A program made the translations under genes and the position numbers. Under the pieces are notes generated by a model. The model saw only the letters and a program-made list of their open reading frames with translations, ran no database searches and was not told the origin of the DNA. A stretch of 50,176 nucleotides of DNA, from positions 1 through 50,176 of the forward strand of contig JANNWY010000031.1 in assembly GCA_031409335.1 (NCBI GenBank), given 5' to 3'. Position 1 is the first letter of the stretch; each line of letters opens with the position of its first letter. This document shows positions 37,060 to 48,700 of this stretch, one piece after another. The stretch comes from Chthoniobacteraceae bacterium (GTDB lineage Bacteria > Verrucomicrobiota > Verrucomicrobiia > Chthoniobacterales > Chthoniobacteraceae).

Positions 37060-40000
37060 CTACGCCGGCTCGATTCGTTCCGGGATCAGAGCGGGAGTGG
37101 AAGCAACGTTTCCAAAGCGCCCGTAAAGCACCGGCAGCAGGAAGACGTTCAGCAGCGTGGAAGTGACGAGGCCGCCGAGGATGACGATGGCCATGGGGAA
37201 TTCGATTTCGTGGCCGGGGATGTTGCCGCGCCAGACGAGCGGGAGCAGCGCGAGGCCGGCAGTGGCGGCGGTCATCAGGATGGGCGCGAGTCTTTCCTCC
37301 GCTCCGCGTAAAATGAGCGCGCGAGAAAAGGGTTCGCCCTCCTCGCGTTCGAGATGGCGGAAGTGGCTGACGAGCATGATGCCGTTCCGCGCGGCGATGC
37401 CGAGCACGGTGACGAAGCCAACGAGCGAGCCGAGCGAAAGCACGCCGCCATTCAGCCACGCCGCGAGCACCCCGCCGATAAGCGCAAAGGGCAGCGTGAG
37501 GAAAACGAGCAGCGCGAGACGGAGGCTTTGGAAATCGGCGAGCAGGAGAATGAAGATGCCGCCGAGCGCGGCGAGCGTGAGCCATTTCAGACGCTGGCTG
37601 GAGTCGTGGCGCTCCTTGTATTCGCCGAGCAATTCGGGGTGATGGCCGGCGGGGAATTTCACCGTGGCCAGCCGCGCTTCGAGGTCGCGGGCAACGGCGC
37701 CGAGGTCGCGCCCGGCGACGTTGCATGTCACGTCAATGCGTCGCGATGCGCCTTCGCGTTTGATTTCGTTTGGCGTGGGCACGATGGCGATGTCGGCGAT
37801 TTCACCGAGCCGGACTGCCGCGCCGCCGGGTGATTCGATGAGCAATTCGCGCAGCGCGGTGATGTCCGTCCGCGCCTCGGGCACGCTCCACACGGCTACC
37901 GCGTGAATCTTCTGCTCCTCGAAGACTTCGCCGACCTTCTGCCCCTTCACGAGCGTGGCGACAGTGCGGAGGATTTGCGCTTCGGTGAGTCCGTAAAGCG
38001 CGGCGGCTTCCTTGCGCGGCGTGACGACGACCTGCGGCACGAGCGCCTGTTGCTCGACTTTCAGCGTGGTGACGCCGGGCACGTCCTTGAACACGCCCGC
38101 GACTTCCGCCGCCTTCGCGCGCAGCGTCGGCAGGTCGGGGCCGAAGATGCGGACGACGATGCTCGCGCTCGCGCCGGTGAGCACTTCCTTGATGCGTTCG
38201 CGGAGATACGTGAGGAGGTCGCGCTGGAGGCCGGGGTAGCCGTCCACGACGGCCTGCACGCGTTTCACGGTCGGGTCGTAGTCGGCTTTCGGGTCGAGGG
38301 AAATCCACAGTTCGGTGAAGTTTGGGCCGACGACTTCATCGGCGACTTCCGTGCGCCCGATGTGTGCGCCGAGGTTGCGCACGCCGGGGATGGCGCGTAG
38401 TTCCTTGCTCGCGGAAATCGTGATGCGCGTCATCGCATCGAGCGAGGTCGCGGGCTTCTCGACCCAGTGCATGAGGAAGTCGCGTTCCTTGAAATTCGGG
38501 AGCAACTCCTCGCCGAGATGCCGATACGCAAACCATGTCCCGACGAACGCCACGACGAGCGCCGCGATCACCGCGCGCGGTGCGTTCAGCAGCGGAGGCA
38601 GCAGCGTGCGATATGCGCCCTTCAGCAAGCGCACGAGCGGCGCATCCGCCTTCCGGTCCAGCGCCTTGCCGCGCAGCAGCATGAGCGAAAGCGCGGGCGT
38701 GAGCGTGAGCGCGACGGCCAGCGAGGCGAGGATGCTGAGGATGTAGCTCAGCGCGAGCGGACGGAAAAACGTGCCCATCAATCCATCGAGGAAGAACACC
38801 GGGAGGAAGACGAGCACCACAATGGCGCTGGCATAAACGACGGCGCTGCGGACTTCGAGCGAGGCGTCGAGCACCACGGAGAATGCGGGGCGCGGAATGT
38901 GGCACGGGCGTCCCGCCTGTGGGGCCAGCGGGCTTCCAGCCTGCTCGGAAGCACCGGGCAGGATGCCCGGCGGCCACACAGGCGGGACGCCTGTGCCACT
39001 TTGGTTTTGCCGCAGCCGCCGCAGGATGTTTTCCACGTCGATGATGGCGTCGTCCACGACTTCGCCGAGCGCGATGACGAGGCCGGCGAGGACCATCGTA
39101 TTGAGCGTCTGTCCCTGCCAGCGCAGCACCAGCACGGCGGCCACGAGCGAGAGCGGGATCGCGGTGATGCTGATGAACGCCGTGCGCCAGTCGTGCAGGA
39201 AAAGCGCGAGCACGATGATGACGAGCAAGCAGCCGAGCCACATCGCGTGCGTGAGGTTTTCGATGCTCAGTTCGATAAACGTCGCCGGGCGAAAAATCGT
39301 GGAGTCGAGTTCGACGCCCGGCAGCGCGGGGCGCATTTCCGCGAGCATCCGCTCGACGCCGTGCGTGACATCGAGCGTATTTCCCCACGGCTGTTTCTCG
39401 ACGATGAGCAGCAGGCCGGGACCGTCGTTGATGACGCCGTTGCCGATGGGCGCGGGATTTCCCACGACCACATCCGCGACATCGCCGAGCCGCAGCGGCG
39501 TGCCATTGCGAAACTCCACAACGCTGCGCGCGAGGTCATCTGCGCTCGTGATCGCGCCCGCCTGCCGCACCGCGAGACGCTGGTTCGGCGTATCGAGAAA
39601 GCCACCCGCGCCGATGACCGTCGCATCGCCCGCCGCCTTCACGACTGCATCGAGCGTGACGCCGAGCGCGCGCAGTCGCGCCGGGTCCACGAGCACTTGA
39701 TACTCCTTATCACGCTGGCCCCAGATCGCGACATTTGCGACGCCGGGAACGGACATGAGCCGCGGACGCAGCGTCCAAAGCGCGAGTTCGCTCAACTCGG
39801 TTTGCGACATCGTCTTCGAAGTCATGCCGACTTTCATCGCGCGGCTGAGCGACGAATACGGCGACATGAGCACCGGCGGCTTCACCACCGCGGGCAATCG
39901 CGCCTGCGCAAGCGCGAGCCGCTCTTGCACGAGTTGTCGCGCTTTCAAAATGTCCGTGCCTTGCTGGAAAATCATCACGACCGACAAAAGGCCGAGCACG

Positions 40001-40257
40001 GATTTCGAGCGGATGGTTTTCAGCCACGGCAATCCGTTGAGTGCGTTTTCGAGCGGGACGGTGACGAGCGCGTCCACCTGCTCGGTGGAAAGGCCGGGCG
40101 CTTCCGTTTGGATTTCCACCATCGGCGGCGCGAACTCCGGGAAGACATCGAGCGGCGCGTGCCGGACGCTTTCCACGCCGACGACGATGAGCGCGATGGA
40201 AAGCGCGACCACGAGCACGCGCATGTTCAGCGCCCAGGTGACGATGGCTTTTAGCAC
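37060..40257 (-). CDS. RND efflux transporter, CusA/CzcA family
   Basis: [60 protein letters not shown]. Confidence 0.95.
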   Translation of the reverse strand: MLKAIVTWALNMRVLVVALSIALIVVGVESVRHAPLDVFPEFAPPMVEIQTEAPGLSTEQVDALVTVPLENALNGLPWLKTIRSKSVLGLLSVVMIFQQGTDILKARQLVQERLALAQARLPAVVKPPVLMSPYSSLSRAMKVGMTSKTMSQTELSELALWTLRPRLMSVPGVANVAIWGQRDKEYQVLVDPARLRALGVTLDAVVKAAGDATVIGAGGFLDTPNQRLAVRQAGAITSADDLARSVVEFRNGTPLRLGDVADVVVGNPAPIGNGVINDGPGLLLIVEKQPWGNTLDVTHGVERMLAEMRPALPGVELDSTIFRPATFIELSIENLTHAMWLGCLLVIIVLALFLHDWRTAFISITAIPLSLVAAVLVLRWQGQTLNTMVLAGLVIALGEVVDDAIIDVENILRRLRQNQSGTGVPPVWPPGILPGASEQAGSPLAPQAGRPCHIPRPAFSVVLDASLEVRSAVVYASAIVVLVFLPVFFLDGLMGTFFRPLALSYILSILASLAVALTLTPALSLMLLRGKALDRKADAPLVRLLKGAYRTLLPPLLNAPRAVIAALVVAFVGTWFAYRHLGEELLPNFKERDFLMHWVEKPATSLDAMTRITISASKELRAIPGVRNLGAHIGRTEVADEVVGPNFTELWISLDPKADYDPTVKRVQAVVDGYPGLQRDLLTYLRERIKEVLTGASASIVVRIFGPDLPTLRAKAAEVAGVFKDVPGVTTLKVEQQALVPQVVVTPRKEAAALYGLTEAQILRTVATLVKGQKVGEVFEEQKIHAVAVWSVPEARTDITALRELLIESPGGAAVRLGEIADIAIVPTPNEIKREGASRRIDVTCNVAGRDLGAVARDLEARLATVKFPAGHHPELLGEYKERHDSSQRLKWLTLAALGGIFILLLADFQSLRLALLVFLTLPFALIGGVLAAWLNGGVLSLGSLVGFVTVLGIAARNGIMLVSHFRHLEREEGEPFSRALILRGAEERLAPILMTAATAGLALLPLVWRGNIPGHEIEFPMAIVILGGLVTSTLLNVFLLPVLYGRFGNVASTPALIPERIEPA
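38899..38999. repeat. 101-bp palindromic REP/REPIN-type element inserted in frame in the RND gene
   Basis: gtggcacgggcgtcccgcctgtg ... cacaggcgggacgcctgtgccac arms, with a second nested pair cgggcttccagcctg / ccgggcaggatgcccgg. Confidence 0.85.
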
Positions 40258-40269
40258 GGGCGCGCTTGG

Positions 40270-40307
40270 ATGGGACCTATGCGTCGAATGAGTCTCATGG
40301 GACCTAT
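40270..40307. repeat. 9-bp-period degenerate array at the MFP/RND junction
   Basis: Minus strand: aggtcccat gagactcat tcgacgcat aggtcccat. Confidence 0.6.
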
Positions 40308-41311
40308 TTTCCCGGCCCGAACTCGATGCCGAACAACTCCGCGGAACCATCGGTAACAATTTTTGCGCCGACCGCCGGGCCGGTCGCGAGCACCGCGTCC
40401 GCGCCAGCGACGCGCGCGACTTGGATGCGGCGGCGGACGAAGGTCGTGGGGCCGGTCATTTCATAGACCCACTGGCCACCGTGGATGTCGTGCAGCACGC
40501 CGGCCCACGGAGCGATGAGGCGTTCGTCGCCCGCGCCGATCGCGGGCACGCGGACTTGCACGCGCTCGCCGGGGCGGCGCTGGCGCTGCGGGTCTTCGAT
40601 TTCAAAGTACCAATCCACGGTGGATGCGAGCGCGTTCGCGGTCGGCGGGGCGGCAGGGATGCGCTTGGCGGCGATGGGCTTCTTTTCGCCGAGCGGTGTG
40701 ATGGTGGCGGCGGCTTGCGGATCGAGCGTGGTGGCGTCGGCGGCGAGGATGGCGACGCGCACCCACCAGCGTTTGCCATCGGGCGAAGCGGCGAAGCCGG
40801 GGCCGAGGAGGGCGCGCTTGGTGGTGGCTTGTTCGTGCGCGGCTTTGGCGAGCGAGTGCGCGGCGCGAGCTTCTTCGACGGCGCGCTCGCTGCCGGTTTG
40901 GTTGGCGAGGAGTTTTTCGGCGCGCTCCAGCGCGAGCTTGGCGGCGTCGAGCTTCACGGTCGCTTGCGAAAGGTCGCCATCGGCGGCGGCTTGGAGTTCC
41001 GCGAGCTTAAGCATCTCGGTCGCATTCTGCGGCGGGGCGAGGGCCATGAGCGCGCTGGTGCCTTCGCCGACGGCGAGCGGCAGCGTGATTTCCCCGCCGT
41101 AAAGCCGCTCGTGACGGATGGCTTTTTTCTCCACCGGCACGGTGGCGATACCGAGGCGCTTCGCGGCTTCGGGTGTGAGCGTGACGGTGGTGAGTTCGGC
41201 TTCCTTCACCGGATTCGCGACAGCGGCTTGCGCGGGTGCGGTCGAGGGCGCGGGATCGGCGGCGAGCGCGGCGACGCATGTAACTGATAGGAAGAATGGG
41301 ACGTATTTCAT
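40304..41311 (-). CDS. RND membrane fusion protein (periplasmic adaptor)
   Basis: [11 protein letters not shown], helical hairpin, [27 protein letters not shown] overlap with the OMF stop. Confidence 0.88.
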   Translation of the reverse strand: MKYVPFFLSVTCVAALAADPAPSTAPAQAAVANPVKEAELTTVTLTPEAAKRLGIATVPVEKKAIRHERLYGGEITLPLAVGEGTSALMALAPPQNATEMLKLAELQAAADGDLSQATVKLDAAKLALERAEKLLANQTGSERAVEEARAAHSLAKAAHEQATTKRALLGPGFAASPDGKRWWVRVAILAADATTLDPQAAATITPLGEKKPIAAKRIPAAPPTANALASTVDWYFEIEDPQRQRRPGERVQVRVPAIGAGDERLIAPWAGVLHDIHGGQWVYEMTGPTTFVRRRIQVARVAGADAVLATGPAVGAKIVTDGSAELFGIEFGPGK

Positions 41312-42651
41312 TTCCACGAGGAGGCGGGTGTTTGCAGCGCGTCTTCCAAGGCTCCGAGCGCTTCGAGCGCCTGGATGCGGGATTGGGCGCGCGCGAGATC
41401 GGCGGCACCTTGCTCGACGCGGCGCTGCGAGACGTCGAGCTGCGAAAGTTCGCCGGCGGCTTTCATCGTCTCGGCGGTTTTGGTCTGCGCCTTCACGTCG
41501 TCGGCGAGCGCGTTGGCGGCGTCGGCTTTTCCGCGCGAGGCGCGGTAGATGGCGAGCGCGAGGTCGATCTCGCCAACGGCGCGCGCCTGCATGGCGAGGA
41601 AGCGCGCGGCGGCTTCGGCGCGTTTACCTTCGGCCTCGGCGATCGCGCCTTGGTGCTGGTTGAAAATCGGCAACTCGAAGCCGATGCCGAGCGTCCATTT
41701 GTTCACGGTCTGATCGAGTTTGTAGCCGGAACCGAGCTTGATGTCGGGGTATTGTTTCGCCACTTCCAACCGCACCCGCTCTTCGCTTGCAGCGTAATCG
41801 GCGAGCGCGGCGAGGAGGTCGGCGCGATGCGTGAGCGCGTGGCGGCGCGCAGCGCGGCCAGCGGGTGCGGCGGGCAGGCGCGTGATTTCGGTGAAGTCGA
41901 AATCTTTCCCGGAAACCGCAGCGACCGGGACGCCGACGGCGGTGGCGAGTTGCGCGTGCGCTTTGATCCCGAGCAAATCCGTGTCGTGCATCGCGAGCCG
42001 CGTCTGATTCAGCGGGATGCGCGCGACGGCGACATCCTGCGGACGCGCGGCGCCTTCCTTGAGTTGCAGTTCCAGCAGTCGCGCCGCGTCCGCCTGCGCG
42101 GTTTCCTGCGCGCGATATTGCCCGCGCGTGGCTTGCGCCGCGTGCATCGCGAGCAGCGCGCGCCTCACATCGCCGCGCACTTTCCAAGCCGCCGCCTCCA
42201 GATCGAGCCGGGCGACGCGCACTTTCGCCACAGCCTCGGCGCGGCGGGCATCGCGCTTGCCGCCGGTCTCGATCGTGAGGTCGAGGCCCGGCTCGATGAT
42301 CCACGGCGGGAGGCCGCGCGTGCTGCTGTTGTAGCCGGGCTTGAACGACAGCACCGGATTCGGGCGCTCGCCCGCCGTTTGCAACGCGCCCTCCGCCGTC
42401 TGCACGCGAGCGCGCAGCACGGCGAGATCGGGATTTTTCTCCAGCGCCTCGGCGGTCAGTTTCGCGAGCGACCAGCGCGTGCCTTTTGCAGGAAGGCGGC
42501 GCGCATCGAAGTCCGCCGCCGAGCTCGCGGGCGAGAGCGGCTTGCTGGTGAAACTCGCGCAACCAGTGATGAGCATCATTCCTACCGCAACTCCCGCCCT
42601 TGCTCGATTCGAGAGAGGCGGAGACGGAGGGCGACTAGGAGTATGATTCAT
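41308..42651 (-). CDS. TolC-family outer membrane factor (lipoprotein)
   Basis: Lipobox LITGC, ALEKNPDL, RPNP, ETGGKR, YPDI, LPIFNQHQG. Confidence 0.9.
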   Translation of the reverse strand: MNHTPSRPPSPPLSNRARAGVAVGMMLITGCASFTSKPLSPASSAADFDARRLPAKGTRWSLAKLTAEALEKNPDLAVLRARVQTAEGALQTAGERPNPVLSFKPGYNSSTRGLPPWIIEPGLDLTIETGGKRDARRAEAVAKVRVARLDLEAAAWKVRGDVRRALLAMHAAQATRGQYRAQETAQADAARLLELQLKEGAARPQDVAVARIPLNQTRLAMHDTDLLGIKAHAQLATAVGVPVAAVSGKDFDFTEITRLPAAPAGRAARRHALTHRADLLAALADYAASEERVRLEVAKQYPDIKLGSGYKLDQTVNKWTLGIGFELPIFNQHQGAIAEAEGKRAEAAARFLAMQARAVGEIDLALAIYRASRGKADAANALADDVKAQTKTAETMKAAGELSQLDVSQRRVEQGAADLARAQSRIQALEALGALEDALQTPASSWK

Positions 42652-42781
42652 CGGTGTGAGCTGTTCGCCGGGTGCGTCGCGACGCGCGGACTTTGGATGA
42701 AACACGAACGCGTGTGCCAGACGGAACTTGCTCGGCCACTCCAACGAAAGAGGCAGATCCAGCGGGCGATGGTCGGGAAGC

Positions 42782-45700
42782 TCAAGGCTGTTGCGGCGTG
42801 ACGACCTGATAGAAGCGGCGCGGCTGGCCGATGCTGCCGGGATCGGCGGCGTCGAGGACCGTGTCGGCGCCTTGCGCGGGCACGTCGATGAGCTTCGTCC
42901 ACGTCGCGGCGGCTAGGTCGTTCTTGTAGCGGACGGTGTAGGTTTTTCCCGCGACGGCGGTGAAGCGTACGGCGAACTGGCCGGGCGTGACGGTGCTGAC
43001 GAGACTGGCGGCGAGGCGGCTCGCACCGCTCTGCGGGTTCGTGCCGGCGAGGTATTCGGCCTTGTTGTTTTGCCCATCGCCATCGGCGTCGAGCGCGGCG
43101 TCGAGCGGGTCGTTCGGGTTCAGGCCGTTCGCGATTTCCCAAGCGTCGGGGATGCCGTCGCCGTCGCCGTCGGTGTCGGCGGCGGCTTGCGCGTTCGCGG
43201 CGCCGGGCGTCGGGGTGAGAGAAACGATGGCGCTGGTGCCATCGGGGAAACGGCCTTGCGCGATGCCGCTGGTCTGCGCGCCGAACGAAACCGCATCGAG
43301 TTGCACGCCCGCGCCGGAGAAGAGGCCGAGGCTTTCACCGAGCGGATTGAGCGAGAAATTGACGTGGCCCGGAGTCGCGCCCGCGTCGTTGTCGGCGATG
43401 AAGTGCCGCCAGCGCGCGCCACCGCTGCCGCCGATGAAACTGAGCGGCGCGATGCGGTGCTTCGTCCTGTCCGTGAGCAGGTCGGTGAGGTAGTTGCCGC
43501 CGAGCGCGACGGGCTGCGCACCGGTGTTGAAAATCTCAAAGAAGCCGGGTGCGACCGTCGGGTTCGCGAGCCATTCGTTGAGCTTCACGCCAGTGATCGC
43601 GCCGAGTCCGGCAGCGGTGTTCAGCGCGCCGCGCGTCGGCACGGTGAGTGCGAATGCGCCGCTGCCATTCGGCGTGCGACCGATCGCGAAGTCGGCGATT
43701 TGCAGACCGTAACTCACGCCATCGTGCAGCCCGCCGCCTGCCGCCATTTTTTCAAAAAGGAAAACGCCGCCGCCGAGCGCGGGCAGCGCGAAGCCGGTGT
43801 TCGTCGCGGATGGCGCGGCGAGCGGATTGAAAAAGGTGACGAGATTGCCGCCCGCCGGAACGCTCGCGCCCGCGCCGAAGACAAACTTGCGCGGCACGCT
43901 CGTGTCGTCGCTGAAACTCATGTCGCTCACATCAATCGCCACTGCGCTCGGATTGAACAGCTCGACCCATCCGGCAAAGGAACCGTCGGGATTTTGCAGC
44001 GTCGCATTTACAGGCAGCACTTCATTCACGACGAGCACGCCCGCGCCCGCGCTGTTCATCGTTTCAGCATCGAGCTTCATTCCGAACGTCACGTCGCTGC
44101 TCGTCTGCGCGCCCGCCCCGTGTTCCTGATGCACGGCGACGCAGAGCACGTTGTCGCCGCTCACGAGATTCGCGCCGTCGAAGGTCAGCGTCTCCACGCT
44201 CGCGTTATCCACGTTGCCCGTCGCGATGGTCGAAAAAGTCACCGTGCCCGCCGGCATTCGCAGTCGCGCGCCGCTGTTCGTCGGGATGATTTCCTGGCCG
44301 TTGAGATAGAAGACCGCGCCATCGTCGATCATCACTTTCGCGCGCAGCGTCACGCCGGTGAGCGGGCCGCTGTAGTTGAAGTGCGTGCGAAAATACGTCG
44401 CGTTGAACGGCAGATTCGCGTTGCCCGTGTCCACCGGCAGCGCGGTGTTTTTCACAAAACCCTCGGTGTTCGTGAGCGCGTTCGTCTCGATGTAAAGAAG
44501 CTGCGGCGCGCTCGTCCACGCGCTGTCATTGAACGCAACCTGGAAAAAGTCCGCGCTGTGATTGATGCCGTTGCTGCGATAGCGCCACGCCTGCGTCGCC
44601 GGGATCAGATTCGTCGTCGTGGTGACGATGCCGCTCACGCCGGGGTTCGGTCCGCCCGGCGTGGGTTGGTTGAAAAAGGCCACCGTGCTCGCGCCGTTCG
44701 GTGTGCGGCCCTGCGAGATGTCGCTCGTCTGCGGGCCATACACGATGCCGTCGATGAGCTGCAGCGCGCTGTCGAAAAAGCCGATCTCGCCCTGCTCGGA
44801 GGCGAGCTTGAAATTCAAATGATCCGGCCCCTGCGCCGCGTCGTCGTCGGCCTTCAGGTAAAGGAATCCGCCCGGCGCGATGAAGGTGAGCTGGCGGAGT
44901 TGCGCGTGCTGCGGCCATTCCACGGGATTGTCGCTCACGTGGCAGCCGCCGACATTTACCGGCAGCGTCGCGGTGTTCATCAGCTCGATGAAATCGTTTG
45001 GAAAAAGCGCGACTGCATCGGCAAGCCACTCGTTGATTTTCACGCTCACGGGCGTGGCCTGCGCCGCGACGATATTCACCGCGCCAAAAGTCGGGCGGCA
45101 CATATCCCACGCGCCATCGCTCGCGCGCCGCCCCACGGAAACATCCGCGAGCTGCGCGCCGAACGCGACGCTGTCCGCGATGCCACCGCCCGCCGCCGCG
45201 GACTTCGTGAGCGTGAGCGTGTCGCCCGTGTCCTTCAGGCCGAAGCCGGTCTTCGGCGCGGGCACGCTGGCGCTGTTGCTCGCGTAGATCACGAGCCGCG
45301 CGCCCGCCGCGAGCGTGGTGCCATTCGCGATCGTGTATTTGAAAGGCAGCGCCGCATTCTCCGTCAGCCCCCAGCCGGAAAGATCGGCGCTCGCGTTGCC
45401 CGCGTTGCGCAGCTCGATCATGTCCGGAAAATTGCCGCCGAAGCCCAGCGTCTCGGAGTTTTTCGCGAGCACTTCGCTGATCTGCACGAGCGGCGCGGCG
45501 GCAGGCGGGACGTAGGCGGTATTCACGATCCACGTCACGCTCGCCGCGCGCGCGCTGGTGCCGTACGCCGCGTCGTCCTGGTAAAAACCCGCGTCGTTTT
45601 TTCCCACGACTTGCAGCGTGTGCGAGCCGTTCGCGAGACCGCTGAGCGCGATGGGTGCGCCGTTCGCGATCTCCGCGCTGGGTGCGCCGCCATCGAGGCG

Positions 45701-48700
45701 GTATTTGTAATGCGTCCAGCCGGAGCCGCCGCCGGGCCACGCGCCCGCTGCGGTGGAGATGCCATTGCCCGTCATGCGCGTGCCGACGGTGATGCTCGCA
45801 GTCGTCAGATTGGTCGTGCCGCCCGGTGCGCCGGAAAGCGTGACGCCGAGCGTGCGCACGCCGCCTTTATCCGAGCCATTCGGGCCGGTGCCCTTCGCGG
45901 GCGAGCCGGTTTGCAGGCCAAACTGCTGGCGAATTTGCGCGCCGAGTCGCACGTAGTCGCGCGGGCCGGGAGTCGGGATATTCGTGGGGCCGTTGAGCAA
46001 CGGATCCACGTTGCTGTTGCCGCTGCCCGCGCCGCTCCACGTCATGCCCGCGGGGAAGAGGTTGTTATTAAAAGTCACGTTTTGCGCGAGGCCCGCGCCG
46101 GGGTAATTGCGCACGAGCGCCGCCGCGCTGTGGATGATGTTGCCCTCGGCATACATACCCGCCGCTTCGTGGTAAGTGTCGTCGCCGAAATTCAGCACGC
46201 CAGTCACCGCATCCTCACTGCCCGCGTTGGTTTGGCTCACCACGGTGTTGTTCAGGAACGTGTAGAAATTGCCCTCTTTCGCCGTGGCTGCCTGGTCAAT
46301 GTTGTAGAACAAATTCCCGACCATCGTGATGTGCGAGATGCCGTCCTGTTTGCACAGCGAGAGGCTCACGCCCGTGCCAATCGTGCTGGTGAAATTGATC
46401 GCGTTCGTATCCGCGTTCGCGTCTGCCGCGGTGGGATACAGCTTCACCGCCGTCGTCGAAATCACGCGCACGAAATACGAACCGTTGCGAATCGCGGGCG
46501 TCGCCGCCGGGAATGTGTTGCCGAGCAGCGCAGTCGCTGTGACTTCCTGTGCGGTGGTGAAGCCGTGCGTGCCGCAAGTGACCTGCTCCGTCGCGGTATC
46601 AATCGCCGTCGCCGCGCGTCGGCTGCCCGTGCCGCCGCCGCCATCGTTGCCGCCGCTGACCGCGCTCGCCGAGTCCGGCGAATTCGAGCGATGGACGTTC
46701 ATGAAGATGTTCCCTTCGGCCCACAGGTCCGTGCCGTCGATGTCGAGAATGTCGTCGTCCGAGCCCGTGCAGACGTTGTTGATGAACTGCACAATCGCCC
46801 CCGCGCGATTGCCGCCCGTGAAGTCGAACACGTCGTTGTAGTCGCCGCTGACGCTGTTCATTTTTCCAAGAAACGAATCGCGCACAATCGCCCGCCCGCC
46901 CGCTGGCGGCGCAGCGTTCGCGCCGTGGATGCCCTCGAAGTTCGACCCCGCCGCCGCCGCTGGGAAAATACAGTTGCTCACCAAAAACGAGCCGCCGTCG
47001 AGATGGAGATACGCCGTGTTGTTCATCAGCCATTCGCAGTGATCGAGCACCACGTTGGAGTTCGCAGCACACGTCACCGCAGGGTTCCCGCCAAACTCGA
47101 AAGCGGTGTAGTAGAAATGCGTCTCCGGTGCGCCCGCCTGACCGTTGATCGTGATCGTCCCACCAACCCCCGAGCCGCCGGGAACGCGGCTGAAGCGGAT
47201 CGGCTGCGCCAGCGTTCCCTCCGCCAAAATCTTGCCGCCTGCCGCGACGGTGATGCCGATTCCCGTGCCGAGATACACCGTCGTGCCCGGCGCGATAGCG
47301 AGCGTCACGCCGCTGTTCACCGTCAGCGCGGCGGTGACTTGGTAAGGCCCGCCCGCCGCCGTCCACGTCGTGTTTGCGGCAATCGCGCCGCTTACACTCG
47401 CCACGTTCGCGTCGTCATACCACACGTCGAAATACGTCTGCTCGATCTCCGCGCCGGTCGCGTCGAAGGCTTGCACGAACAAGCGATTCAGCCCCGGTGT
47501 CAGCGCCACATTGTTCGCCTGCCAGTCGCCGATGCTCGTGGCGAAAGTGGAAACCGTCGTGACTTTCCAAGGTGTGTAAATCGCCGCGACGCCGTTCACT
47601 TTCACACTCGCCGTGCGCGTGCAGTCGGCTTTGCCGCTTACATTGCACGTCGCCGCCGTCGAGCGCGGATAGCCGCTCGTGATCGTGAGCGCCGCGCCGC
47701 CGGTCGTCGTCGCGCCGATGCTGGAAAGCGAGAGCGGCATCACGCTCGCGAGGTAGGCGAGGCGCGTATTGTGGAAGGTTTTCATCGCGTCGATCACCGC
47801 CGTGCTCACCACGCCGCCGAGCGTTTCCTGCGCGAGTTCCGCGAACTGCGCCGCGCTGAACGGTCCGTCCACCTGCCGTTTTACCTCCGCGAGATATTCG
47901 CGCGCAAACTGCGGATGAATGAGGAACGGATGTAGCGGCGTCGGCGGATTGCCGCCCGTGTCGCCGCGCGCCGCGCGGAAAAGATTGTGCGTCGCATCGC
48001 TCGATGAGCTGCGACCGAAGATCGAATCGAGATCGTAGGCGATGAACACCGCGCGCGGGTCGGTGACGCCGAAGTAGAGATAGTAGTCGTCGCCGTCGCC
48101 GTTCGAGATGTTCGTCTCCGTGTTGTCCGCGATGCTGCTCGCCGCCATGAAGCGCAGCCACTGCGCCGTGTCGCCCGCCGCCTGCACCGCGGTCACGTAG
48201 TCGCCCGTGTAGGTCGCCGCGTAGTTCGCCGGGATGGACGTGCCTTTCGCCAGCGTCTTCGTCAGCCCGATGAGATCGGCCCATTTGTCCTCACTCTGGT
48301 TGGTCTGCTTGAAATAGTTCACGCGGTACGGCGTCGGGTCCGCCGTCGCGGCGGGCTGGCCCGCGCTCTGGTCGCGCAAGTTCGCGCCGCCCACACTGTC
48401 CTCGCGGAATCCCCGGTAGATGTTCCCCGAGCTATCGAGCGGAAAATGATCACCGGCGAAGTCCGTGTCCTGCACTTCGTTCGCGCAGTAGAAGCCGTAA
48501 CTCGGAGCGCCGCTGCCCGCGAGATTCGAGCCGTTCACGCGCACCTGCACCGCGCGCGACTCCGCGACCGTCAGTCCGGCCTTTCGGAAAATCGCGCTGC
48601 CGAGGAGCTGGTAGGGCGTGTTCTGCGTGTTGAGATTCAGCGCCGTCACGCCCTTCCACGCATCGCTGTTGCGAAAGGCCGCGTTGTAACTCTGCGGCGA

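Noticed and set aside
43070..47935. Very long antisense ORFs (1621 aa here; also 16770-20180, 7951-10092, 22405-24228, 32680-35316, 38467-40254)
   Set aside because: Stop-poor antisense frames are expected opposite high-GC genes; the translations are R/A/V-rich with no motifs.
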